DNA of 64,000 nt from the human T2T-CHM13v2.0 reference genome, Homo sapiens. The DNA lies in assembly GCF_009914755.1 (NCBI RefSeq), contig NC_060934.1. One strand, given 5' to 3'. The number at the start of each line of letters is the position of its first letter. Position 1 is the first letter of the stretch. The notes under the pieces were generated by a model. It saw only the letters and a program-made list of their open reading frames with translations. It made no database searches and had not been told where the DNA came from. Position numbers and translations under genes: made by a program. Shown piece by piece: positions 38,901-53,078 of this stretch.

Positions 38901-41900
38901 GTGCTGTTAGCCAGGAGTCTAGATAAACCCCATGAATGTGTCACTTGCAAAAGACCCAGAACTGGCCCATGCTCTCAATGTGTTTTCGGTCCTGATGGAG
39001 GAATTTCTTCTTCATAGCTTACAGCTTCAGACCTACTGGAGGCGAAGGGCCCAAAGCCGAACAGAGCTGCAATCTCGAAGCCGGTGCCATTGGGAGGACA
39101 CACGAGAGCCCCAGGGAGAAAAGCCAGCTTCCTCAGAGCAGTCCTGCTCAGGGGAACACCTATTGCCAAATGCGGGAGCATGGGAGGGGCCCAGCCAGGT
39201 TTCTCTCCGAGCCTCCACTGAACAAAGAGCTTGCTATGTCATGCTTCGTGAAGATGGCATGGGGGGTTGGGAGATGGGGCACATTTCAGGGATGCTGGAA
39301 AGACAAGTCCTCCTGCCATATCTGGCACCTGCCATTCCTGGAACGAGGCACAGCATGCACTGACATGATCCATGAAGAAGAATTGCAGCTAGAAACTGTA
39401 GAGGTAGCATGTGCTTACAGACACAGGCCTTGGAGCTAGGATGTTGTGCCTGCTAGAATGAGCCACATGGAATGGTCCTGAAGGTTGGCACTCGGCTCGG
39501 GTCTTTCACGGGCACTCAGCAACACATGCTGCATTTCCTCTAGATGGTTCTGATTCTGAGTTTCCACTTATTCTGATCTCTGTCTCCACCTCACCTGCTG
39601 GCCATGTCCACACAGGACTAAGGTAGTTTTACGGGTTTGTGTAAAATTTGTGCCCTTCACATAATGAGAGACTAACATGACAGTCTGGGCACTACCAGGA
39701 AAAGACTCAGAGGCCTCAGGAAGCTCCTCTTCTCTGGGGAGAATGCTGTGGGGTTCAGTTTAGTGGAGTCAGTGTTGCTGCGGGTGATTCTTTCTCCTGA
39801 TCTTGGGAAGTATTCACTTTTAATAACACTCAGGGATGTTTTCACCATTTGGGGGAAATTCTGCTGTAAGGATAGAAATATTCTACTCCAGCTATGAAGA
39901 TCCTCTGCGTTGACGCTAAATTTGTATGGCAATGGCCCTTAGGGGCTGGACAGTTAATGACAGGGGTGTGGTTCTCTGAGATCAGAAGCCTCTTTCCTAA
40001 AAGGATGCCCACACCCCTCCCTGCCTCCTGACTGCTGATTGGGCTGTAATTCTCATCCTGCTTTCTCAGCTGCCCTTTTCTGGATTTACAATTAAGTTCC
40101 AGAAGCAGCATTAGTTTAGGTCATGGTACAGAAAAAAGCAAGGGGATCTGAAGTTGGGGCAAGGCTCATTCCTGGCCAGCTTGCCCTGGGCTGCAGCTCT
40201 CTCTTCCCAAGATAAACACTTAGAGGGGAATTTCACACTCAAGCAAGGAGGCCGCTGATAAAGTGCAGGCTGCCACTGGCCACCAAGCGGAGCACTTCCT
40301 CACTTCCAGACTCCTCCATACCCCCAAACCAACGGAGCATCACTCTGGGATAAACCTGGCCTGGCCCCACTTTCATCTCATGAAAATGTCATGAGCTTAT
40401 AATAAAGCATCTAAGCAAGTTTCAAAGAGAAGTTCAAGAAAACAGAAGAAGAAAAAGGAGCAAATGACTCTTTGCCTTTGTCATGCAAAGAAGAAAAGTA
40501 ACATATAGCAGTGAAACCATCTCATGAAATCCAGCCTGGCAGTGCCACAGGTACGGATTCATCCGTCCTTTTATTCATTCATTCAAGAAATAGCTATTTA
40601 GGGTCCAGCACGTGCCAAATATATGTATCGATATATACAAATATATGTAATTGCAATTGCTGCCTATCCAGGAGTTGGTTGAATTAGCATAGGTCATGTT
40701 ACTTTGCAGACGTGGCTCATTTCCTTAAATCTATCATTATTGTGTGCGAACAGCATGTTGAAAGTATTGAGTGCTTGAGGGTTTGGGTTCATTGCCATAC
40801 TTTTAGATTCATTTTAAGAAGTCCCAAATATCTCAACCCTGATAATGACTCACTTCTAGATGTTGCAAAGCTCGTTGCAGTTTGAGTACAGTGCTGGTCT
40901 GTCCCGTGCAGAACCCTAGTGAATATCCCAGGCCCCGCAGCATCTTTCCAGTTCAGCGTCTGTGCTGCTTCCCTCTGGGAGGGGTATGAAATGGGCATCC
41001 ACAGAGGTGGCCCACTGGCCAGGGGAGGACAAGGCAAGGACCCTGCCAGTGGGCTGAGTTCCTGGAGTTTCCCCGGCCCTCCATGACTGCACCTGCCCCC
41101 AGCACCCCATCCTTCCTGGCCCCCCAGGTCCTTCTGATGGTTGTCAGGGCATCTAGACAAAGAGCTGGGCTGGCACTGGAGTGGCCTCAGCCCTCGGGGA
41201 GCTTTCCCTGCAATGTCACTGGGATTGCCATCTGTCTCTCACCAGGGCATGGAGTCAGGGGCTCCGAGGGGCTGCCCCAGTGCTGAGCCCATGCCCCAGG
41301 GCTGCTTACCTCCCCGTACAGTCCCTGGTCTGAGCTGCAGCCCCTGCCCATACTGTGCTGGGGCCCGCACTTCCTACTACCTGCCCTTCTCGGCACGAAT
41401 AAGCCCAGGGGAGCAGGGGACAGGCAGGGCAGCAGCACCGGGGGTGCCCAGGCTCTCCCCTCCTAGGAAGCCAGCTCCTAGGCTCTGGCCTCCCATGTAT
41501 CTGGGGCCTTGGATCCCCTGGGGCCTCCCAGGATGGTGGTCTTGCTAAGGGAAGCAGATACTTCAGGCCAGGGTGCACGAGAGACTGAGGAGAAAAGAGA
41601 CATTTTCCGAGGAAGTATGAAATGAGATGGGGAATTAATGAGGTGGAGACATAGGGAGGCGGTTCCAGATGGCTGGAGAGGCGTCTGCGCCTTGGAGGTG
41701 AGCAGCGGTGGAGCCTGGCAGCGGTGCGGACAGTGGCCAGGCAGGGCTCTGCTATGGCCAGAGAAGAGCTTCCGACTCCCTCAGGAGAAGAGGCTGGAGC
41801 TTAGGACGCCCAGAACGTCCCTGGCTTGCTGCATGGGGCCGTGTTTACTGTGTTTCCACCTGGAGGGAAAAAACCCTGCAGCCAGGCGGTGCGAACACAC

Positions 41901-44900
41901 TGCAGACTTCAGCCCGGCGTGGTGCCTGCATTGTTGGAGCCTGTGCACTTGAAGTTTCAGGGAATGGCTGCAAGTCTAATAAAAATCTGACATTGACCCT
42001 GGCTTCCTGTAGCACAGTATTTACAGCTGGGCATAGAGGACCCAGCCGTATTGAGTGTAGCAGCATTTAGAGAAGCCTCCAGACCCTGTGACAAGGGGGA
42101 CAATGTCCCTGTCTGGCTGGGTCATTTTCTTCCAGTCTGGGTTCATGTGAGAAATATTAAAATGCAAACTGGAGCCTGGTCTGGGTCCCTCTGAGTCTAC
42201 CGCAGTAGCTGGTGGTGCTGGGGACCTCTGGAGGCCCCTCTGTCACCTCCAGGAGGCCACACAGCCTTCCCTTGCTCCTGCGGCTCGGTTGCCGGAACTG
42301 GAACTCAGCGGGCCTCCTTTCTGGAGGAGTGTTTTCTAAAATGTTGGGAAGTGGGCGTTTAAGAAAGACTGCGGGGCTGATCTTCTGTGCGGAATGCTCA
42401 TTTCACCATCTTCCCATCTGAAGATCACAAGAGTGTGGAAAGAGCCCGTGAGCAGGACCGCTTCTGTCAGACTTACATCATCACTACTATTTTGTTTATT
42501 GATGCTAATCATTTTCCCAACAATAGGAATGCCCCTGGTCTTCATGAATCTACATAAAACGCAGAAAGGGAAGTCAGTGAACGAGAAGCAGTTCATGTTT
42601 TAGTTATCCAAGTGAGCTGAATGATAATTTTTTTTCTTATGCTATAGAAGATTTAAAAAAAAGAAGAAAAAAAGAAGCAACAGTCCTCTAAATTTTCGAA
42701 ATGAGTTTCTTCCCCCTGTGCAATTATGTTTACTTATAAACGAAATAACATGATTGTGGGTATGTGTGTATTTATATATGAAATGTAAATATATTTTACA
42801 TGCATGTGTGTAAATATACATGAAAAGCATGCCAATGAGCAAGTGCTAGGGTGTATTAAAAAAATTCCCAAATGCTTCCTGCATGTCATATATAACAGTT
42901 ACATTTTTTTCCCAGGGTTTGGAGGAGGAAAAAAAAAAAGCAAGAAAGAAAATGAAATCCAGATTTGTAATTCCTAACAGGAGAAATATGATCCTTTTCA
43001 ATGTTTAAGTAATATTTCCTGTAAAACATACGAGGCCATCTGCAAAGCCGTTTCCAGACACATTTTGAAGTGGCAAGGGCAACTGTAAGAGACAGAGGCG
43101 GCCGGCAGCCCACCTCGGGGAGGCGGGACGGCACAGGCTCCGAACGCTGGCACAGCAATTTGGCAAAGCGTTTCAGTTCCTGGGTAGTTCATAATTTATT
43201 TAATTTACCTCCATTTTACAGACCGGGAGGGGGCCTGAGGGAGCCAGGAGAAAACCAAGAAAGTCGTGAAAAGATACACATGTTATCTCCTCCATCAAGA
43301 ATGTAATTCTAGATGAGGAGACTCAGACCCGCTTGGTCTTTAAGGAGGTTTTGGGCTGAGATGCTGCAGGGCAAGTTCCCTGAAACGATGACATAGCAAC
43401 AAAAAGCAATCTATTTGGCCAGGCAACGTGGATGCCAAACCTTTCTGGCTATTTAAGCCCATTATAAAATTTTGTTTTATTGTCGATCTCCAGGGTCACC
43501 TTGTGGATTCGTGTTAGTAAAATGTTATGGCCCTGGCCTAATAATTGCTTTGTGAAAGGTTCTATTTTTCCAAAATCTCTTTGTGTCAAGAATAGTCAGG
43601 AAATATGCATCTCTCTTCTAGGAGTTTCTGTTTAGTTTTGATTATATTTTTAGAGGATTAATCTATACATCCTACATCCAATTCGAATGTTCATGCCAGC
43701 ATTCATTAACTCCTTTCCTAGAGAGTGAAATTTTCAGGTTGGCGTGAAATGGCTTTAAGTGACCGTTATCTACAGAATTGTATCAATGCATAAGTAACTT
43801 TTTTTTTTTTTTCCCGAGGTCTCGAGTAAAGTTTTGCCAGACCTGATATGGGTACCAATCAGCAGCTGGCTGTGATTTATTTTGTAATGAACAGCAGGGT
43901 GTCATTTGGATTGCACATTTATATTTTTAAAATAGAACCTTAGACATGGTGCTCTTGATAATATTCTCCCAAGTGGACACAGCCACCAAAAAAAATAAAA
44001 AAATCCTTGATACCTACATTGGACTCCTCATTTGGAAATGATGTTTGTATAAATAACATGACTTGTAACTTAAAAAGCTTTTCTTCAAGACAGCTTAGAG
44101 TTCTTTTCCTGGGGCACCCCACTCTCTTGTTTATGTATTTTTTCCATTGATTTCTCCCCCCACCCTTTGGCTTCTTCTCTGCATTTTGACTATGCCTTAT
44201 CCTCTGCTCACATAGTTAGCATAAGGGTGAGTCACTAAGTTGAGTATAAGCACAGCTTTGGAATAATTTATTCCAGAATCATGAATACTCCTTCCTTTCC
44301 AACAGAATCTCTTCTTAACCAGCCACACTGAAGAACACAGAAAGCTTTATCAGCTGCTGATGTTACATTTTTGAGTATCCATATCACATCTTAGCTTCTG
44401 CCCCAAAGCACATCTTTCATAGCTGGGAAGCGTGAGAAGCAGAAGGCTCGGAGCAGATAGAAACCAAGTGCAAATTTACTAGAGGGCTCAGTAGAGAGAT
44501 GGTTGTTTAACACTTTCTGGCAATAAAAATGGCGCCACTTCACTGGTCAGAGAAGTGCCCTCTGACATCTTTCCAAGCGGACACCCCAATTTTAGACACA
44601 TAGAAGCAGTCTTCTCACCTAGGCTCCATCCAGTTCAGGGTGTGGTCTGAGGAAGTCTGCGTGGCAGTCGTCTACCCCTGCTCGCTCTCAGCCACCCACG
44701 GGGCCCGTGGAACCTGGGAAAGCCCTGTAAAGACCTAGGAAGGGACTGGACACTTTTCTTTAATCCTGCATTTTCCGAATTCATTAGCCAACGGGCCTTT
44801 TCCTTCACAGATCAGCTGCTACTTTGGCAGTTTTGGAAAGGGGAGGGCGTTGATCTCCGCTGCTCAAAGAGGAAAACTACAGCTCAGGGAGGCTCCGAAC

Positions 44901-45128
44901 ATTTCTCCGTCTATTCACACAGCTGTTGTCAGTGTAGAGAGTCAATGATCATTTTCAATGAAAGGCCTGCTGTAATTATGAAAAATAAAAATTCTCCCCC
45001 AAATGGCCTCATCTTTACCTGAGAGGATGTCAACTCTGTAATCTGCCACTGTGATCTGTGGACCCTCCTCTGGAAGACGGACCCTGCCTTCTTCCTTCCA
45101 CAATACCTCTCGGCTATAGGACATCCTG

Positions 45129-45164
45129 TTTTTTTTTTTGTTTTTTTTTTTGTTTTTTTTTTTT
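45129..45164. repeat. Poly(T) tract T11-G-T11-G-T12
   Basis: Read directly. Confidence 0.95.
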
Positions 45165-46924
45165 AACCCTTCACAACAGGATTCAGAACATAATCTTTAT
45201 GATATGAATGAAATGTAGGCCTGAAAAGATGAATAAAAATATCTCCTTTTAGAACCAGGACGTTCGTTTTTGTTTTGTCATTCAAGGACTGCATTATCCA
45301 AGACACAAGGGAAATGTATGGGTGCTGATTGGTGGATTTTCCCTCCATTGGCAGGGAGACTGCCGGTCCCCATGATCCAGCCCTAGGAGATGCTAGGTGG
45401 AGCTCTCCTGCCAGAGCGAAATTAGGAACAAATCCAATGGCTTCGTCACTGCCTCCAGCATTCCTTCTTTTCTGATGCAATCTCCCTGTGTTTTTACATG
45501 CAAGGATCGTCTTCAGAAAAACCACCCAGGAGAGTGAAAACTCACAGGGTGTTTCATTTTTTTTCTTTTCAGAAGCATATGTGGGAAAGCCTAGAGTGTG
45601 TATTCTCATTTGCCTCTCTCAGGTTTCTGGCTTTGGGTTGCTCTTAGAGAAAATAAAGTAGCGCAAGAAAGCAGTGATATGGCTCGGGCTCCTTGGGTTT
45701 CACCCCATTTGTCCTGGGGGAGAGTCAGACATAATATCTGGTGAGATGTTCACCAGGAGGCTCCATTCCTGCCTCCCAAATCAGACTGGGGTGCCTGGGG
45801 TAGGGTCTTCAGAGGTGGGGCAATTGGCTGGTGGCCTGGGCCAAGGCCATCTCAACACGTGTCAGACAAGGTCAACCAACAGTTTCATGTCAGGTGCAGA
45901 GTAAACAAATGTCAATGTTAAATATGGTGATTTACGACTGAATTTCATTAAGTTCTTCCTTAGGAGGCGAGCATTTTATGGAACATTGGGGACCCTTAGA
46001 ATGGGTCAGATGTAGCTCTAAAACAAGACATATTGTAGCCGTTTTCTCACACATCAGCCTTAGGATACCGGGTCAACAGAGAAGTCTACTTTGCTTGGAA
46101 CTTGTCACCTAATTACGTGGGTGGCACTTCCCAAGCAGGAAGGGGTCAGGTGTTTCTAAAACTGAAAGAGGTCACGCAGGTGCTGGGCTGGACACAGACC
46201 CAGTGGCCTTTGGTACTTGCCTGCAGAGATTCTAAATGTGAACTTAATGGAAATTAATTCATTTATTCCATCTTTATTTGGAGACGTTCCTCATTTGCTT
46301 TCAGAACCTGTAGTCTCCTAAGCAGAGGTAAATTGAATCTCCATGACACTGACGGGAAGACTCAGTGCACAGACCTGTTGCCACGTAGCCAGCAAAAACA
46401 TTCTTCAGCCACGAGCTGGAAGTCTGGCTTCGGAAAGACCTTGTTGGGGATGGCCTCTTACCAAATCACCAAGTCCAGACTTTGCCATCTCGCCGGCCAG
46501 GTGACTGCGCTTTGTTGGCTTAGGCTGGATGCTTGGATCATGCATTCCTGGAAGTTTCTACTTCTAGGGACCTGGCAAGATGGAACTATCTTAGCATTGA
46601 CTCTTCCTCCAGCGCCTTAGGCTCTTAGTCACACCCTTCCCAACTTGGTTTTCAGGCTGCAAAGCTTCCTCCATCTCTTTGCCCCATGTTGGCCCTGGGT
46701 AGCCCCTTCGTCCAGCAGCCTCAAGAGCTTCTGGGCCTTGGACATCCCTCACACTTCACCCTTCTTTTCCTCCTCTCCCTTCACAAGGTAAAGGCACCCT
46801 CTCAATTGCCTCCCTCCCTCTCTCTGACAATCTAATTCTGCAAGAGAAATGTGAGGCATGGAGAGTGTGCCTGGAATTCACAGACACAGATCTTTGACTG
46901 GAGAGCACTCAGGACTGGGGGAGC

Positions 46925-47090
46925 GGAGGAGGTTTCAGTTTTTCTTTTGGGCAATGAGAAACTTTTGGAAATAGGGGAATGGCTGCGCAACATTATGACT
47001 CTAATTAATGAAACTGGATTGTACACTTAAAAAACGAAAATCTATGTCATCTATTATGTATATTTTACCAAATTAAAAATAAAACAAAAA
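46925..47090 (+). mobile_element. L1MB-type 3' end fragment
   Basis: ttttgggcaatgagaaacttttggaaataggg...attgtacacttaaaaa...ttatgtatattttacca followed by an A-rich tail. Confidence 0.7.
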
Positions 47091-49521
47091 GGGTGCCCAG
47101 AGTGAATGCTGCGGTCCTGGCCCACGAAGTCCCTGATTTTGTGAAAATGCGTCAGGCCTGTAGGGCCTTTTGTCCTAGGGGAAGTACCTGCTGGGATTCC
47201 AGCCACTCCACTCAAGATCCCAGGGCCTCTGTCAACCAGTCAACCCACCCTGAGTTCTTTGTCCAGCCCCTAGGCCAGGCAGGCAGGGCAGTCCCGCAGG
47301 GGTCTCTGAAGCCAGCTTTGGAAGACACCGTGGGGTCTTCTCTATGAGCTGGTCTGGCAGGGAGGGTGGGCCCTGGGCTGCTGTGGATCTGGCTCATGAA
47401 GGTGTTAGTGGGTGCCATCCTCAAAAAGAAGATCAGATGAGTCAGTCCTTGCCCTGAATCAGGAGCATGATGCCTTTGTGAGGATGAGTTCAGCAAATAA
47501 CAGGAACGGAAAAGCCCATTTGTGTTGTCATGATGTTTACTTTAAGTTTGATCTCATTATTCCTAATAGACAAAATAATGAGAATTAATGTGGCCCTGGA
47601 AAGGCTTTATCTGAATAGCCTGATCTGGAGTTGGAGGGAAATGTTCCTTTGCAATATGACGGGCAACACAGAGGTTAGGAGCAGTCCCACATCAAGAGGG
47701 CTCTGGCCGTCTACGCTTTGTTCATTCCTTTCTTCCGGCCATGTGGCTTCCTTCCAGCGTACCCTGCTGTGAACTTATTAAAGGCTGTCACAGTCAGGCT
47801 CGGGGCTGAGTCTGTCCCAGGTAGGCTTATCAGTGGCAGATTGCAAAATCCTAAGAAATGCAAATTTTTACTTCTATTTCCCATCTTAGAGTAAAGTAGG
47901 AAAGAAAAAAAGAGGAAGTTACAGTATATTTGAACAAAGAAATTTGGACTTAACCAGTAACCACTGGCCTGAGATTAGATCTCCCTAATTAAAATGATTA
48001 ATAGGTACCAAAATCACTTAAAATTTTGTGACACCTTAAAAAAATTTTTTTAAAAATAGTTTGCCTTCCGGATTCCTGGTGCAGAAGCTTGTTTTAGGAA
48101 TTGTTTTTAGTCCCATAAGTCAGCTAACCTCTCAAATGAGATTAAAATCTTTGGGTTTGGTAAAGTTTGCATAAATATTTTACATGGATCCATCTTTAAT
48201 TAGGTTATAATATTAGAAAGTGCCAAGCAGCACTCCCTTCCCACAAATTAGACCTGAGCCCCACAAACAAATTAATTTATGTCTCAGGGTTTTGACTGGG
48301 CCTCTCGGCTCCCTCCTTTCTCACAAGTACTTCTGACCCTCTGGATTTCAAATGCCTGCGGGTAAAAAGCAATTATAAAAACATGACTCTCCCAGATCAG
48401 CTTTCGCCTCTGCCTTGTCTCTGTTTTATTGATGGGAGATTGAAGGAAGATTCAAATCAGCCATCCTTCAATTCCTCACCAGCAGCAAAATGCAGAAATC
48501 ATTAGCTCTTCCTGTGTAAAAGACTTTGTCCTGCCTTATTATTCAAAACTGCTTGCTTGTATGACTCAAAAAGGGCATGTTGAATATTTATTTCTAATTT
48601 TCAGCACTGGTAAATATTATATTGCTTTGTTCCCAATGTTCTTCTTATTTTGCAAATTTTATAGCAATTAATTAATGTGGCACTGTTATTAGCAACATCT
48701 CCCCAGTTTTCACTGCCTGCATTTAACATGATATAGCTCCTAAGGACTTCGTTGTAGAAATTTCACAAGCAGGCTGTGTTTGAATTATAAGATCAGTTCT
48801 GGTGAATAGGAACTTGTTATCAGTGGAGAAAGCTTTCATTGCAAACCTTGCCTTGTACCATCACAGCTAATTTTATTTCATTATAACTGCCATCACCTCC
48901 TCCACTCCCCCCTCAAAAATAGAAGAAACTTGGTATAAACATAGCCAGTTGCCTGATTTTAAACAAAGCGAGATACAAGCATTTGCAGCCTGGCAAGTGG
49001 AAAAGAAGGCTGATGCCGTTCATGGCTACCAGCGTCCACCCCAAAGGAGAGCCGAATAGTAATAATCATTTTCATTATTTGGCAGCATGTTTCTATTTTT
49101 TCACAAGGCTAATTTTAAGTGCTGCTATTCTGATTTTATTGGTGATATAATTTTCTATCTCATAGAAACCTGAATTCTGTTGATCAATAAAAAATAATGA
49201 ATATGTTGTTGTGAGTAGGAAAACTATAATGTTCATTTGACCAATGCATTTGATTGATATCTATAGCTAAACTCCATACTTGAGGAAAAAACATGTCTTT
49301 TTTAAAAAGTGAATCTGAAAATGGACTTTATTTTCCTGTATTCATTCAGCAGAAAAGACAAACATTCAAAAAGCACTTGGTGGAGACTTCAGAGAGCAGT
49401 GCCCATGGGTAATTTGGGGGCATCTAGAGGAGGGGTTGTAGAAAGCTGGGGGCAAGAGGCCCTGGTCAAGGAGAGTGGAGGTGAAGGAAAGTCAGGAGCC
49501 AGGATAATAGCCTAAGGTTCA

Positions 49522-49990
<469 letters not shown>

Positions 49991-51527
49991 CTAAGACATT
50001 GAGGGAGAAAGAATGAAATAGGGATATCTCCCTGAATACTGGGCGTTTATGCCCCACAGCCTTCCACTTTCAGGACCTAAAGAAGCTTGTAACAATCATG
50101 GCCCACATTTGTGATTCCCTTGTCCCTGGCCAAGTGCGTGTGCCCTGTGACAGAATCCTCAGAGCCGCCCTGTGAGGTGTGGACTGTCTGGATGGCTGCT
50201 TACTACTGAGGATGGGAAGGCTCGGACAGTACCACAGGCCCCTGCAGGCCCCTGACCGGTGTTCAGGCCCACTCCTTAGGCCGAGCAGCCCTAACTGCCT
50301 GTCTCCAAGAGGGAGTGTGGGCTATAGCAAGTGGCACACCAACACCGAAGGTCACACAGGCTGTGCCCAAGGACACCCCAATTACTCATTCATCGATGGG
50401 ACACCAGGCACCATCCTGTGGGTGGGCTTGGAGCTCCCTGAGAAGGTAGGGGAAGCCGGCCCGTGCTCCCTAGGATGGACCTGTGCAGGCTTGGCTGCTG
50501 ACATCTGTTTCCTGAAGGTGGGAGAGAAGGAAGGAGCCATTCCCAGCCCACCCAAGCACAGCGGAGGGAAGGGAACAACCCTGCAGGCACAGCTCCCCCA
50601 GTCTCCAGGGCTGGAACCAGAGCAATTTCGTCAAGCTGCAATATTAAATAGCCAGTGCTGTATTTTTGGAATCCCTGAATGTGAGCCGGGTTTAATGAAC
50701 CTCAAGCTATAATGTTTTACTTCTCCTTTGGTAAAAATTTGTATTTCATATTTTAAAAATTGCACTCATTCTGCCAGTTGGTGTTATCAGCCAAGCATGA
50801 CCCCTTCGTGCAACATTCACAAACTGTACATTTTCTTGGTCACAATGTCTTTGTAATAGTTGGGCCTTATGCTGAAAAGTCAGAGTGGAGTTGGACTCCT
50901 GTCCAGGTAGCGCTCCCATAAATTACAGGGATAGGTCACTCTGGTAGGATTCTCCAAGCACATCCATCTTCCTGCTAGTTGCAAATTCACCCAAATGTTC
51001 AGAATGTTGAGTCCAAAAGTAGGCAATATTCACAGAAGACAAGAACTTCTTAAATCCACCTCTGAGTTATAAAGAAAAACCGAGTGATGTTTTCTTTACA
51101 TCCCAAAGCTATTTTCTTTAACATATTGTGAGGCTTGGACACTTGTAACCATTTTAAGAAGAAAATATTTGGTGCTCACTGAAACAAAATAAACTTATAC
51201 TGCATTTTTCTATGAAAAATACTTTTTGATTTTACAAATATGAGATCTATTCCATAGCTGCCTTGTAACATTTGTCTCATAATATATTGTGAATCTCTTT
51301 AAATGCCAAGATTATTTAAGCAATACCTATGTTGTTGATCATCTAGGCTTTTTCTTAACCAGTGCACTTTGTTCTTACACATTCCTTTGAGGAACATCAC
51401 TTTAAATGAACCTGTGTGTATGACTGTGATTATTTGCTTGAGGTACATTGCCAGAAGTGAAATTGCATTTGATCTTTCTTGCCAAAATGCCTTCTAGATA
51501 GTCATGTCAACTTACCCTGCCAATGCA

Positions 51528-51583
51528 GTACGTAAGAATGTTCCTTCCCTGTGCTGTACGTAAGAATGTTCCTTCCCTGTGCT
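51528..51583. repeat. Perfect 28-bp tandem duplication
   Basis: gtacgtaagaatgttccttccctgtgct at 51528-51555 and 51556-51583. Confidence 0.95.
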
Positions 51584-51605
51584 CTTAGCCTTACCAGGAA
51601 CTACA

Positions 51606-51633
51606 TGTCTGTCTATCATCATCTATCTATCTT

Positions 51634-51680
<47 letters not shown>

Positions 51681-51699
51681 CTCTCTCTCTCTCTCTCTG

Positions 51700-51741
<42 letters not shown>

Positions 51742-51806
51742 ATCTATCTATCTGTCTATCTATCGGTCTGTCTTCTATATACTTGTCTACAGACCATTCA
51801 TCTGTG

Positions 51807-51855
<49 letters not shown>

Positions 51856-51906
51856 ACATCTACCTATCTTGTATCTATCTACTTGTCTACAAACGATTCA
51901 TCTATG

Positions 51907-51954
<48 letters not shown>

Positions 51955-52063
51955 CTATCTTCTATCTACTAGTCTACAAACCATTCATCTATGTATCTAT
52001 CTATCTCTCTATCTATCCACATATCTTCTATCTACTTGTCTACAAACGATTCATCTATGTATC

Positions 52064-52106
<43 letters not shown>

Positions 52107-52200
52107 ATCTATCTCTCTATCTCTATCTACAATCCATTCATCTATGCATCCACTATCTATCTATCTATCCATCTATTACCTATCTCTATCTATCTATCTA

Positions 52201-52242
<42 letters not shown>

Positions 52243-52299
52243 ATCTGTCTACCTTCTATCTACCTATCTACAATCCACAATCTGTTTATGCATGTATCT

Positions 52300-52341
<42 letters not shown>

Positions 52342-52406
52342 ATCTATCTATCTATCTGTCTATCGGTCTGTCTTCTATCTACTTGTCTACAGACCATTCA
52401 TCTGTG

Positions 52407-52455
<49 letters not shown>

Positions 52456-52511
52456 ACATCTACCTATCTTGTATCTATCTACTTGTCTACAAACGATTCA
52501 TCTATGTATTC

Positions 52512-52556
<45 letters not shown>

Positions 52557-52741
52557 ATCTTCTATCTACTAGTCTACAAACCATTCATCTATGTATCTAT
52601 CTATCTCTCTATCTACATATCTTCTATCTACTTGTCTACAAATGGTTCATCTATGTATCATCTATCTATCTCTCTATCTCTATCTACAATCCATTCATCT
52701 ATGCATCCACTATCTATCTATCTATCCATCTATTACCTATC

Positions 52742-52792
<51 letters not shown>

Positions 52793-52876
52793 GTCTGTCT
52801 GTCTGTCTATCTATCATCTGTCTACCTTCTATCTATCTACCTATCTACAATCCACAATCTGTTTATCCATGTATCT

Positions 52877-52928
<52 letters not shown>

Positions 52929-53078
52929 CTACCTACCTACCTATCTACAATTCACTCATCTATGTATCCATCATCTATCTACTTATCTTCTATATATCTC
53001 TCAATCTACCTATCTACTACTCTATTGTCTGCCTATCTACCTAACAACTAACCATCCATCCAACCACCCAACCAACAA
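51606..53078. repeat. Complex (TCTA)n/(TAGA)n array with ~50-160-bp subunits and ~600-bp higher-order duplication
   Basis: Runs of TCTA/TCTG/TC separated by a recurrent core tctaca(a/g)(a/t)c(c/g)attcatct(a/g)tg; 51761-52010 is near-identical to 52361-52610. Confidence 0.95.

Noticed and set aside
50179-50712. 177-aa ORF (likewise 35468-35998, 27510-28013, 34336-34788)
   Set aside because: No recognisable motifs or exon structure, and mostly non-ATG starts
51760-52970. Repeat-spacer appearance resembling a CRISPR array
   Set aside because: The spacers are TCTA microsatellite of variable length, the cores are degenerate, the DNA is primate, and no cas genes are present
51579-53051. 490-aa ORF and overlapping YLSI-repeat ORFs
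   Set aside because: Artefact of the (TCTA)n strand, which rarely forms stop codons in any frame; the translation is just Y/L/S/I repeats
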